A DNA stretch of 63,031 nt, the filler included, from Octopus bimaculoides (taxonomy: Eukaryota), in NCBI RefSeq assembly GCF_001194135.2. It is 7 parts of 6 records of this genome, joined end to end, with 100 filler letters (N's around TTAATTAATTAA, not from the genome) between each part and the next. Parts side by side here need not be neighbours in the genome. Positions count along the whole stretch, not along the records: positions 49,761 to 59,334 come from NC_068981.1; positions 59,435 to 63,031 come from NC_068981.1; 5 more parts are not named here. One strand, written 5' to 3'. The translations under genes and the position numbers were made by a program. Position 1 is the stretch's first letter, and each line of letters opens with the position of its first letter. Shown in pieces: positions 52,170-63,031 of this stretch. The notes under the pieces were generated by a model. It made no database searches. It was not told the origin of the DNA and was given only the letters and a program-made list of their open reading frames with translations.

Positions 52170-53230
52170 AAATATAGCAATCAATGGGTTGCAACTCAGC
52201 ACCTGGAGAGGTAAGTCCATGCCGTCCAACAGTGAGATTGGGCCCTGGAGAGACGGTCACGTTATGTTACTCGGAGTTTGGTTTCGTCCGGACTCCCAGG
52301 TGGAGAAGAACTGAGACGAAGTGACGAGCAGGGTGGCCAATCGCACCCAGAAATGGGCCAAGAGAAAGATGTCCCTCAACGGCCGAGCGGAGGTAGCGAA
52401 TTCGTACATCGAATCCGTCATCTATTACCACTTGACGGACGTCCCTTGCTCTCTTTGCTGGTTGAACAAGTTGGTGCGCTTACTCTTCTGCTTTCTGTGG
52501 AAGGGGCGCGTTCCACTCGTCAGGCGTTCCATCTGCTGTCTACAGCCGGTGAATGGAGGGCTGGGTATGCCGTGGTTTCTGATGCGCAGAGATGCACTGA
52601 AGTTGCAGTATCTCGAGCGTTTACTTGACGGTGAGCAGGTATGGTCACTGTTTGTACGACATGCTTTTCCACATCTCGACTCTTTGACTGAGTTGCAATC
52701 CTGGCTTAGGCGTAGACTGAGGAGGGGCGCTTGGCACCTCGAATGCCGTCCAGCGCCCACAGCCCTCCGCCAGGCGGGCAATGCGGTGGATGGTAGTTCT
52801 ACTCTAGCGTTCTATATAGAGCTAGTGGAGGGAAAGGTCGACGATGTTCTCGAGGAAATTCTGGGTGTTGATGAAGATCAAATAACCGGTCTGTTTCGAG
52901 CCTGGGCCTATGGATAACTTCCAGAAATCCCTTGCCTGACAGTGCTACCAAGGGGTGCTGCCTGTTCGAGATAAACTTCACTGGCACGGTGCGCCCAGAA
53001 CGATGAAACCGTTCTGCATGCCCTAGTCCAGTGCCCGAGTATTGCTAACCTGTGTGTTTATGTCGAACACCTGCTGTCGAACACCTATCAACAGAATGCA
53101 TTGTGAAGATTGCCACGCCGCTGTTTTTGGCCGGGAGAGGAAGACAAATTTCATTTGTCTAGTGGCTGTAGCGAAAGTGATAGTATGGTGGACCCGTTTG
53201 AAAGGCCGATTTTGTAACAACCGAGAACTG
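52170..53230 (+). mobile_element. L1/Tx1 LINE ORF2 fragment (post-RT and zinc-binding region), decayed
   Basis: LLGVWF.PD..VEKN, WAKRKMSLNGRAEVAN, FLWKGRVPLVRRSICC.QP..GGLGMP, QCYQGVLPVRDKL and ETVLHALVQCP. Confidence 0.85.
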
Positions 53231-53710
53231 GAGTCGATATAATCACCAGTTCCCACGACCAAAATTTCAAGCCTTGTGTCTACAGTAGAAAGAATTATTA
53301 TTGAAACGTAGCAAATGACATATTCCTGAACATTAAGAATTTATGTCGATTTAAGAAAAACTGAAATGTTATTTTTTTCTCTTATCTGTACTTAATATTC
53401 TGTATTTCTGAATATATGTGATACAGTAGAAAATTTTTAAAAAGGCTGTAAAAATTATTCCGTCTCTTCCAAATACAGTTAAATTTAATTAGGTAGCTGT
53501 AAACTATGGTTCAAAAGACCTTTAATTTCAGGAAATCAGAAGAATTCGCAGATTTATGAATCGCAAATGGTTTTCTAAAGAGCATTTAAATATATAGCTT
53601 GTTAGTCTTCATAGAAATCTTCATTACCTCGTCATTCATTTTATTATTGTGGAGAAATAACATAGTCTCACTAAAAATAAGTAAATATATTGATACATAT
53701 ACATATTGAT

Positions 53711-53747
<37 letters not shown>

Positions 53748-54745
53748 AATATACATACAAACACACATACGCACGCATATATACATGTACGTGTGTGTGT
53801 ACTTATATATTTGTTATTGTAAACAAAAAGCATTGACATTCATATACTTACACGAACATACGTATACAAATGCAATGCATATAGATATGTGTGTGTATAT
53901 ATATATATATATATATCACAACAAACTAACACGAACAGCATATTCATGTATGCACATATGTACATACATAATATATATCATGATATATATATTCATGCTT
54001 ATGCGTTCCTGTGTGAGTGTTTGTGTCTACGTATTAGAGAATAGTTTCTATGTTTGAGTCTGTGTGTATGTGTAAATGTGTATAGTTATGTTTTCATGTG
54101 TTTATGTATGATTTATATACATTATGTATCAGAACAAGTTTACAGATAGAGAACTGTTAATCTTTTCTAAGAACACCGATTAGTATATTTATTAAGTCAT
54201 ATATATGTACATACATATATATCTTGGTGTGTGTATATATGTATGTATGGGGGTGTCTGTGTGTATGTGTGTGTATATGTGTGTAATTTTATATATTCAT
54301 ATACGTATATGTATATACAGTATCTATATTCATTCATATGGTGTATGTGGCTTTGTGCTTTGCACCTGTGTGTAAATATAGTTTCATATTTTTATAAGTA
54401 ACTTGTATACATTATGTATCAGTACATGTTAACATGTAGATGGTTGTTAATCTTTTGTAGGAAAAACCACCGATTAGTAGATATATATATATTATATCTG
54501 GAAAACTATTAAGTGTATGTTTTAGTATATGCGTGCTAAGAAGGATTTCAAGACTCGGGTACCACCCTGCATTGCAAGATTAATAAAAAGGTGTCTTTTA
54601 TTTAATAAAAATGTTATGCTTCAAATAGACTAATATGATATTTATCTCCATAGAAGTGTACCAGCTTTAAAACATACAATTTAAAACTTATAAAGTGTAT
54701 TTATGAAGAGGCCAGATAAGACGTATGTATGGAAAGCATATATAC

Positions 54746-54782
<37 letters not shown>

Positions 54783-54796
54783 TATATGGATGTACG

Positions 54797-54902
<106 letters not shown>

Positions 54903-55169
54903 TGTACGTGTTTGTGTGTACATAAACTAAACATATATACACACACACACAAATATATATTTATGCTCACATGGTATTACGTTAAAATCGCATTCGCTTG
55001 GTTCTAGGTTCGATTATACATTATATCCTCTTTTACAAGTGTTTTTAATCTTTATCTCCTGTGGTAAATATGTGGCTGTCAGACAAAGAGAGAAACTGCG
55101 TTTCATACCTTAAGCATTCGTATTTACTCATACTTAATCTACACCAGAATTTACAAATATTTTTCATAG

Positions 55170-56095
55170 TGGCCTTCTCAGATATGCCCTCAACTGCCCG
55201 GATAGCCACCCTTGCTAGCTACGCAGACGATACGAAAGTCCCGTAGAAAATACAGAACCCCAGTGATGTTGCACATCTGCAGCAGGAGTTGTACTCAATT
55301 TACAGATGGGCTGAGGAGAATAGTATGCAGCGTCCAAAACTGAATATGAAACTTACAGGATACACTGGTCCACAGGGAATTACAATCCCAGAGTCTAAAT
55401 CGGTGAGAGATCTGTGTATCGACATGAGTGATGATACCCCTTTGCAAGTGCACATTACCAGGATGGCGACAAAGTACAGACGACTGGCTGGATGGATCCT
55501 GAGAACATTCAGAACAAGGGATAAGGAGACCATGATGGTCCTCTGGATAACATTCGTCTTCAGCAGCCTGGATTACTGCTCCCAGTTATGGTCACCCAAC
55601 AGTGTAAAATTATCAGCGGACCTTGAACCAATCCAGCGAAGCTTCACAATGAAGTTCATCTCTTTACAACAGACCAGCTACTGGTAACAGCTGAAACAGC
55701 TAATACTCTAGTCCCTGGAGCAAAGGCGGGAGAGGTATGCAGAAATGTACATCTGGAAGATCCTAGAAGGAATTGGACCAAATTTTAGCATTGAAAGCTA
55801 CACCAATGCCAGAACTGGTCGACACTGCACAGTAGCAAATATCCCAGCAAAGTCATCGCGCTTCAGGATCACTTACTGCAATATCCTGGGTTTCAGGGGC
55901 CCACAGCTTTTTAATATTCTCTCAAAGAGCCTGAGGAACCTGTACAAAGTAGATGTAGGTGATGTTAAATCAAGGCTGGACCTCTTCCTGTCAAGAGCCC
56001 CAGATGAACCTACCTCACGGCAAAAGGTGCAAATGAGGGTAGCTACATCAAACTCCATTCTTCACCAAGTGTCAAAACTTGAAGGCAATATTATA
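55170..56095 (+). mobile_element. CR1-like LINE ORF2 3' part, decayed
   Basis: SYADDTK, VRDL, WILRTFRTRD, LDYCSQLWSP, IQRSFT, SLEQRRERY..YIWKILEG and RGPQLFNIL. Confidence 0.88.
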
Positions 56096-56834
56096 TATGA
56101 AAAAATGTATCTAAAGAGAAATGTTTTATTAGACATAGCTTTAACGTATTATCTTTTACTCGTTTCAGTTATTAGATTATGGCCATGCTGGGCACCGACT
56201 TGAAGTGTTTTGTCAAACAAAGCGACCCATATATAGTATGTATTCAAGTGAATAAATATCATATACGTGCATATATATTCTGTATCTTAAAGGTTATACT
56301 AGAATATTAGTTTGCAGCCTTATCAATTTGGTTAACTAGAGCTAAGTGTAGTTCTCTAGTTATGTACACACAGTCACAGACACTCACAAACTTAGATATG
56401 TAAATGCGTGTGTGTATGTGTACGCATACGTGTATATGGATATATCTGTGTGTGAAGGTGTGTGAGTGTGTATGTGTTATGTGTATGTATGAGTGTGCGT
56501 CTGTGTATGTAAGTGTGAGAGTGTGTGTCGGTGTATGTATGTGTGAGAGTGTTATCGGTGTATGTATGAGTGCGTGTGAGTGGGTGTGCGTGGGTGTACG
56601 TGTGTGTTCCTGTATATGTGTGAATATGTGTGAGTGGGTGTGCGTGAGCGTATTATGTGTGTGTGTCTGTATATGTGTGAGTGTGTGTGTGCGTGCGCTT
56701 GTATGCGCTTTTGCACGTATGCATGTATGCGTGTATATATGTTTGTATGTGCATGATGAATTACAGTGATTATTTAACGACGTAATAAAATATGACACTG
56801 ATTGTATGTTTCCTCTTAAACGAATGTTAATATG

Positions 56835-57115
56835 GCCTCAGCAACTTAAAGAATGATGCCTGAGCACATATGGAAAATCATGGACAAATAACGTGTTCAT
56901 TTACGAGGAAAAATTCAAAGCCATTCACTTTAGGAAAGAGAATGTATTTAAGCAACCATATTGTCTTCTCGTGAGCGAAAATCTCTTAGCATAAAATAAC
57001 ATCAGAGGGTTAAGTGTAACTGTGAACAACAACCTAATCTGGAGAGCACACACCAACAATGAAGTCGTCATCGCCCACAGTATGAACGCCTAACTCCTTT
57101 GATATTTACAATCCG
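56835..57115 (+). mobile_element. Old CR1-like relic
   Basis: KFKAIHF...RGLSVTVNNNLIWRAH resembles the post-RT CR1 motif. Confidence 0.5.
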
Positions 57116-58311
57116 TAGATTTTGTTAGCGTCAATGTGTAGGCTACGAACAAGGACTATATATAACATCATAATAATACGAAAGTAGTTTTTTATCTGAG
57201 TGTCGCTTTCGAAATTTCTACAATAAAGGATAAAATAACAGTTTAAGAGTTAGGGTGAGCATAAATGCATTATTTCTAAGCTACATTATAACAAGAAGCA
57301 ATTCTTTCCCAATGAGTGCTGAAAATAAAATCTTAATGAAATATTTTTATAAGCCTAAACGCACACTGTGATTGCATAGTTTCTTGAAATTTGCATAATT
57401 TAAAGTTAGCCAGGATTTTTTCCTAATTTAAATTATAATCAAAAGTTATCTTCTCCAGTACAAAAATATTACTGTCGTGAGATATCATTACACTGTGTGC
57501 AGTTTCGAAATTCTATTAGAATGTTACCTTATTATTTGTAGTTAAATCCTCTCGAGATAAAGTTCGCATTTCATTCCCTCGCATTCGATTAAATACTTTA
57601 TGAGTAAAGTACTGGTTCGATGGTATTGACAATTCCTTATGCCTATATTTGAAATAATCATTAATTATACATTTGCTATGAAATTTTTAGAATTGTTAAA
57701 AATATAATTCACCGCGAAGAGATTAAGAATATTAAAACTGTAATACCTGCATATTTCTCTTCCTTGTGCAGAAAATGCAAAAATTACTATGCTGATGTTG
57801 ATTTGATTGAAGAAATAATTGCCATTGTGCTTGCACTGATAATTGCTACTACTGATTTTAATTAATTTGTAAATTGTATAGAGAATCAGTTATCTAAACC
57901 TTACATTTTATTTTATATTGATTTTTTTTTTGGACATTTTATTATTATTAAGTATAAGGCTTTCACCATATTTACGATCTTCGCACGGAAACTATTTTAC
58001 ATCTCTTGGCAGTCAATTGTTGAACTGTTATTCCAAACCATGAGCGAAGTATGTTTGCTTATGTTTTATTTGTCTCGGTCATGCTGAGACACCGACTTGA
58101 AGAATTTTAACCGAATGTATTTATCTCAGTATTTATTTCGAAGACCTGCAGTTTTTCTATCGTGTTCTGTTCATTTGTTTGCCAAAAATCTGGCGTAAGC
58201 TCAACAACTCCCTTAACCAAGGCGGGAGATAGCGACAAACCCCTACATAGAGACACACATGCATTCAAACATACATACATGCATACATACGTACATAAAT
58301 ATATATATATA

Positions 58312-59334
58312 TGTGATGTAATAGCTGCCATAAATGAAATGAGCTCAAATTCGGCAACTGGCCCCGATGGTTTCCCAGCTGTTCTCTTAAAGTCATGTAA
58401 ACAAGAATTAGCAGGACCACTCCGGATACTATTCCAGAGTTTCCTTGCAAACGGTAAACTTCCCAAAAAGCTGAAGGAAGGCACCATATGTCCTATCCAT
58501 AAAGGTGGAAGCAGAGCAGAGGCTGGGAACTACAGGCCCATCTCTCTGACTTCACATATTAGCAAAGTCATGGAACGAATTGTCAGAAGGAGATTGATTG
58601 CGTTCCTAGANNNNNNNNNNNNNNNNNNNNNNNNNNNNNNNNNNNNNNNNNNNNNNNNNNNNNNNNNNNNNNNNNNNNNNNNNNNNNNNNNNNNNNNNNN
58701 NNNNNNNNNNNNNNNNNNNNNNNNNNNNNNNNNNNNNNNNNNNNNNNNNNNNNNNNNNNNNNNNNNNNNNNNNNNNNNNNNNNNNNNNNNNNNNNNNNNN
58801 NNNNGATGTGATATATCTCGACTTTGCAAAAGCATTTGACAAAGTTGATCATGGCTTGATATGTCACAAGCTGCGAAACCTTGGCATAGCTGGTAAATTA
58901 GGAGAGTGGCTGCATGACTTCCTGAATGGTAGAAGTCAGACAGTTGCAGCCAATGGAGAATTATCTAGGGAAACACAAATATTGAGCGGTGTTCCACAAG
59001 GAACTGTTCTGGGGCCACTACTGTACATAGTGGCCCTTCTGGACATGCCCACGGTCACTCGGAGAGCCACTGTCACTAGCTATGCTGATGACACAAAGAT
59101 ATCTCAGGCAATAAAGAATCCTGATGATATTATAAGCCTGAAGAATGACCTAAGTGCAATATGTGAGTAGGCAGAGCAAAATAATAAGCAGTTCAATGCA
59201 AAAAAATTTCAAGTACTGCGCTACAAGACCACAAGTACCTCCCAACTGGCATACACAGGGCCTGGAGGTACTGCAATCCCAGAACCACAAACAGTAAGAG
59301 ATCTGGGCATCAACATGTGTAGTGATGCATCATT
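58312..59334 (+). mobile_element. CR1-like LINE reverse transcriptase core
   Basis: SATGPDG, PIHKGGSR..AGNYRPISLTSHISKVMER, IYLDFAKAFDKVDH, SGVPQGTVLGPLL and SYADDTK. Stop at 59168-70; contains an N gap; cut by a join. Confidence 0.92.
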
Positions 59335-60129
59335 NNNNNNNNNNNNNNNNNNNNNNNNNNNNNNNNNNNNNNNNNNNNTTAATTAATTAANNNNNNNNNN
59401 NNNNNNNNNNNNNNNNNNNNNNNNNNNNNNNNNNTATATATATATATATATTAATCGGAGTACAGTAACATATATCCATTACGGCCGATCTTACCAACTG
59501 GTTTTGCACTACAAGTTGAACAGGATGTTAAGAAACAGCGCTCTTCAGACTAATGGAAGAAAAAGTGACATCGTCTCTCTATTTTTGAGGTGGAAAGTTA
59601 GATCTGGTTTGTCGTTGTTGTAAAAAAATGACCACAAGACGAAGTGAATAACGTATAAGTTAACATTTATGTCCCTTGGAAACAAACAGACTGTGCAAGA
59701 GTTTTCTGGGAATACATGTATAGTTCAGGGGTTGGCATTCTTAAGGGTTGAACGTGTACAATGATAGTACATATGTAGCATTTCCTGGAATGGTGGGATG
59801 GGACTGGTGGGCGGAATAATAAGTGTATATGCGTTCGTAGAATAAGTGCATATGTGTTTGTTTGTATTTGTGTTTTGGTTAAACTGTTTGGAGTATTTCT
59901 GTAGCGATGGAGCGCTTGTAGGCGTACTATATATGTGGGTTTATATAGGTGGAGGAAGAAAAAGGGGTACTGAATGGCCATTGTCCATGTTAGAGCACGT
60001 ATGCGTCTGTGAAATACATTGTATAGGTTTTAGTCAAACTGTTTGCTGGCTTTCCTTGTATGGTGGTGGAAGAGCCAAAGTTGGGGAACTGGCGGTTTTT
60101 TGTCACGATGGCGTGCAGATGATGATGGG

Positions 60130-60810
60130 TATGCGTTTGCAATTCAGAAAAAGGATATATCAGTCAAATTCCTGATGCAGAAAATGGACAGAGACGCAGG
60201 AAAAGCAGCATAATGTGACAACCTATGCAGACTTCGTGGAGTTATCACCGAAGATATCAACCGCATCATGAGCAGTAGTCCAAAAAATGTCACGACATTA
60301 TCTACTGATGAGTCATGACGATGTTGCTACGACACTGTATAATGAGAACCGTCGGAAGAATAACCCTGAAGCAAAAGAAATATTAACCCACAATATAATG
60401 AAAGTGATAGCCACTCATAATAAGGAGTATTAGGGGAATGTCCCAGTGAGAACGTCAGTAAAATGTAATCATAATAGACCTGACATAATGATTTGAGTGT
60501 AGAGAAGAGAAACTATGTACAATTGTGGAAATCAGCTGGCCAGTGGATGTTAACATAAAGCTGAAGAAGAGCGAAAAAAAATATCTCAGCAGAATTATCG
60601 AGAAATCTACAGTTATTCTACCCAGTTTAAGATATGAGGTTTATATCTGTAATTACTAGGACACAGGGATATGTAGCACACTGCATACATACCAATCTTG
60701 AGGAATTTGGCTTCCCAAAACAAGACAGGAGAAAGCTAATTCGAAGCCTACAGATCCAAGCCAAAACTGGAGCTATAAAAATCTGTAAAGTTATCTGTAA
60801 AATCTCTAAA
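60130..60810 (+). mobile_element. Dong/R4-like LINE C-terminus with restriction-like endonuclease
   Basis: CDNLCRL..VITEDINRIMS, HDDVA, CNHNRPDIMI, LCTIVEIS.PVDVNI and LIRSLQIQAKTGAIKICK form a decayed CCHC plus PD-(D/E)xK layout. Confidence 0.8.
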
Positions 60811-62157
60811 GTTTATCATTTAAGTGTATATGAACATATTTAGACATGCAACTATATGCATGAGAATACATATATGAAACAAAACATACTTACATACATA
60901 CATGCACACATACATTCATAATACATACATACATACATACATAAAAAAAAACTACCCTGTTGATGCTTTTGAAATTCTCATGAAAGAGCCTTAGATCTAG
61001 GTTTAAAACCGACTCTTTGTTGACATGAAATCTTGAACTAAAATTAAATATCATCTTAAATACATACACACATTCATACATATGACCATGTGTGGTTGCG
61101 CCTATATCTGTAGGTATTCATACCTCACTCTGTATTTGGTATATGTGTTTGACTGTTTACGTGTGTGTGTATGCATGTTGGCGTATGTATGAGTATGTGT
61201 CTTTTTGTGTGGAAGTGAATGGCTGCATAGTGTGTGCATGTTTATGTTTATGTATATCGACCTTGCTGCCTTGCAAGGAATTACTTAAAGCACAAGCATA
61301 GCCTCCGATGTGTGTAGCATGAAAATTTTCTTTCAAAGCAGCCCGCTTTTTTATTCCCCCATTTTTAATATCATGTTTACTTAGCTCTGTATCAAAAGCA
61401 TAGTCTTTTTTAAACTATTATTACCCTTTGTGATGCACATCTCATTCTACTCGTCTTTCCCTCAATATCTGCTTTCTCAACGGTTCTACTCTTTCCACGC
61501 TACCGATTTTTTTAACCTTAATATTTTTATTGACTTCAATTCAACATGGGCAATTAGTTTGCATGTGATAATTCGCTAATTTTTTTGCTAAAACTAACTT
61601 CCTTCGCAACCATTTACAAGGAACCTAGACATCATTTGTCAAATTACTAACTGTTGCATAAACACAAGAAATTGGGAAATCTTCAATGACAACATACAAA
61701 ACATTTTGAATGAAATATAATCGCCAGAAACACTTATGTGAAGATTGATTTTAAAAAAAAAACGTTGATCTCTTACTCTCCGACACTAAAAATATTGGGT
61801 TCTACAATCACAGTGCATCTCTCCTAACCAAAGCTTGCTATAATTTTAGCTAGCAACAAACCAGAAAATAAGTATTTTCCTTTTCGGGCTAGAAGATACT
61901 TCAGTCTCCTACAATCTTAACACTTTGCAAATATCAGATTTTAATCACAACTGAGATTTCCCTCTGTATCTCGGACGGTGCTGCTGCACACACCAATTAC
62001 ATGGAGTGCATCAGGGAAAGGATCCTTTCGACAGATGGTTGTATAATCACACGTTGATATGCCTCAACAATAATGGGTGCTGCTACTCCACGCATATATT
62101 TCAGACCAGCTTGGCTCTCCTATTCCCATCACTATATTGAATCTAACACTCGGAATG

Positions 62158-62389
62158 GGCGGCGAGCTGGCAGAATCGTTAGCACGCAGGACGAATTGCA
62201 TAGCAGTATTTCGTCTGCCGTTACGTTCTGAGTTCAAATTCAGCCGAGGTCGACTTTGCATTTCACCTTTTCTGGGTTGATTAAATACGTACCAGTTACG
62301 CACTGGGATCGATGAAATCGACTTAATCTCTTTGTCTGTCCTTGTTTGTCTCCTCTGTGTGTACACCCCCTGTTTGAAATAAAGAAATA
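62158..62389 (+). mobile_element. Family B SINE with 25-bp TSD
   Basis: TATATTGAATCTAACA(C/T)TCGGAATG at 62133-62157 and 62390-62414. Confidence 0.88.
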
Positions 62390-62754
62390 TATATTGAATC
62401 TAACATTCGGAATGACACAGATGACTGCGCACAGACATTTCTTCGTAGAACGGTGGCGTTTAGAATTCCAAAGTGGGCCGCGAATAGCATTCTGAACAAA
62501 TGCAGCAGTTAGCCTATGAAGGGATCCTTAATTTGCATACTGAACGTGCTTAACTCTCTCTAAATACCAGCGTCCTGTCAACGGGGATCTTAGCCCACAT
62601 AGAATCAAGGTATGATATAAGAAATATGTAACAGATGGTATAATTGTAAACAGGACAAATTTTCTCCATTGCTGCACAGACTGAAAATAAGATGAACAAC
62701 CTTAATCGATTTTCGAGCCTTCTTGGGTTCTCATCATGTATATATATATATATA

Positions 62755-62790
62755 CTAGCAGAAATACCCGGCTTTGCCCGGGTTAAAGAG
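62755..62790 (-). mobile_element. Helitron-like 3' terminus
   Basis: Minus strand reads a GC hairpin ACCCGG-GCAAAG-CCGGGT, 7 nt, then CTAG followed by T. Confidence 0.6.
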
Positions 62791-63031
62791 AATAATGAAA
62801 TCTAAAAACGCCGTCTAGACTACGCAACCCTCAACTGTTAGTAGCTACGATATCATATTTCTACATTAATAACTCTCCAACCCATGCCAGCATGGAACAT
62901 AGACATTAAGTGGAATGCCAGTCTCTCATCTAGGAGGGCCTTGAAATCAATGTTACCAACTGGGGACTATGTGTGTCGTAGTGATAATAAAAAGACCCAA
63001 AGGAGGTCTGCAACGAAATAATTTTACTCAA

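Noticed and set aside
54112-54482. Old ~80-bp direct repeat with a period of about 290 bp
   Set aside because: A diverged local duplication in low-complexity DNA with no further signal.
60305-60325. CTGATGA-GTC-AT-GAC
   Set aside because: It is followed by GATG rather than GAAA and lies in Dong/R4 coding sequence.
61900-62620. Possible R2/NeSL-type LINE relic around the last SINE
   Set aside because: The minus-strand peptides (ICRK...LHVIGVC) are suggestive but too degraded to assign.

Overview
Repeat-saturated, AT-rich animal genomic DNA, most likely octopus or another coleoid cephalopod. That assignment is inferred from the microsatellite density, the tRNA-head SINE families and the effector-less C2H2 zinc-finger array genes. 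The window is a mosaic of seven segments joined by identical artificial 100-bp spacers (44 N + TTAATTAATTAA + 44 N), so linkage across those joins is unproven. Host genes: the first coding exon of an LHFPL6-like tetraspan gene (16744-17125, +); two tandem paralogous C2H2 zinc-finger genes (38756-39789, frameshifted and truncated; 42645-44693, 24 finger units with a 420-bp internal duplication); and the large terminal exon of a chondroitin sulfate synthase (48066-49660, -), whose 169-N gap appears to be zero bases long. The rest is decayed LINEs (Dong/R4, Tx1, CR1, RTE, Penelope-like), modular SINEs with target-site duplications, small DNA-transposon relics and simple repeats. The most striking signal is a recurring pairing of type I hammerhead ribozyme motifs with long fold-back repeats beside Penelope-like sequence. 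An intact-looking GUC hammerhead (24674-24724) lies between 143-bp inverted repeats with 3 mismatches. A second complete motif lies at 183-258. Two palindromes (38185-38319 and 47326-47645) are built from head-to-head hammerhead modules. All element and protein assignments come from recalled motifs, not database searches. Repeat boundaries are approximate unless a TSD or TIR is given.
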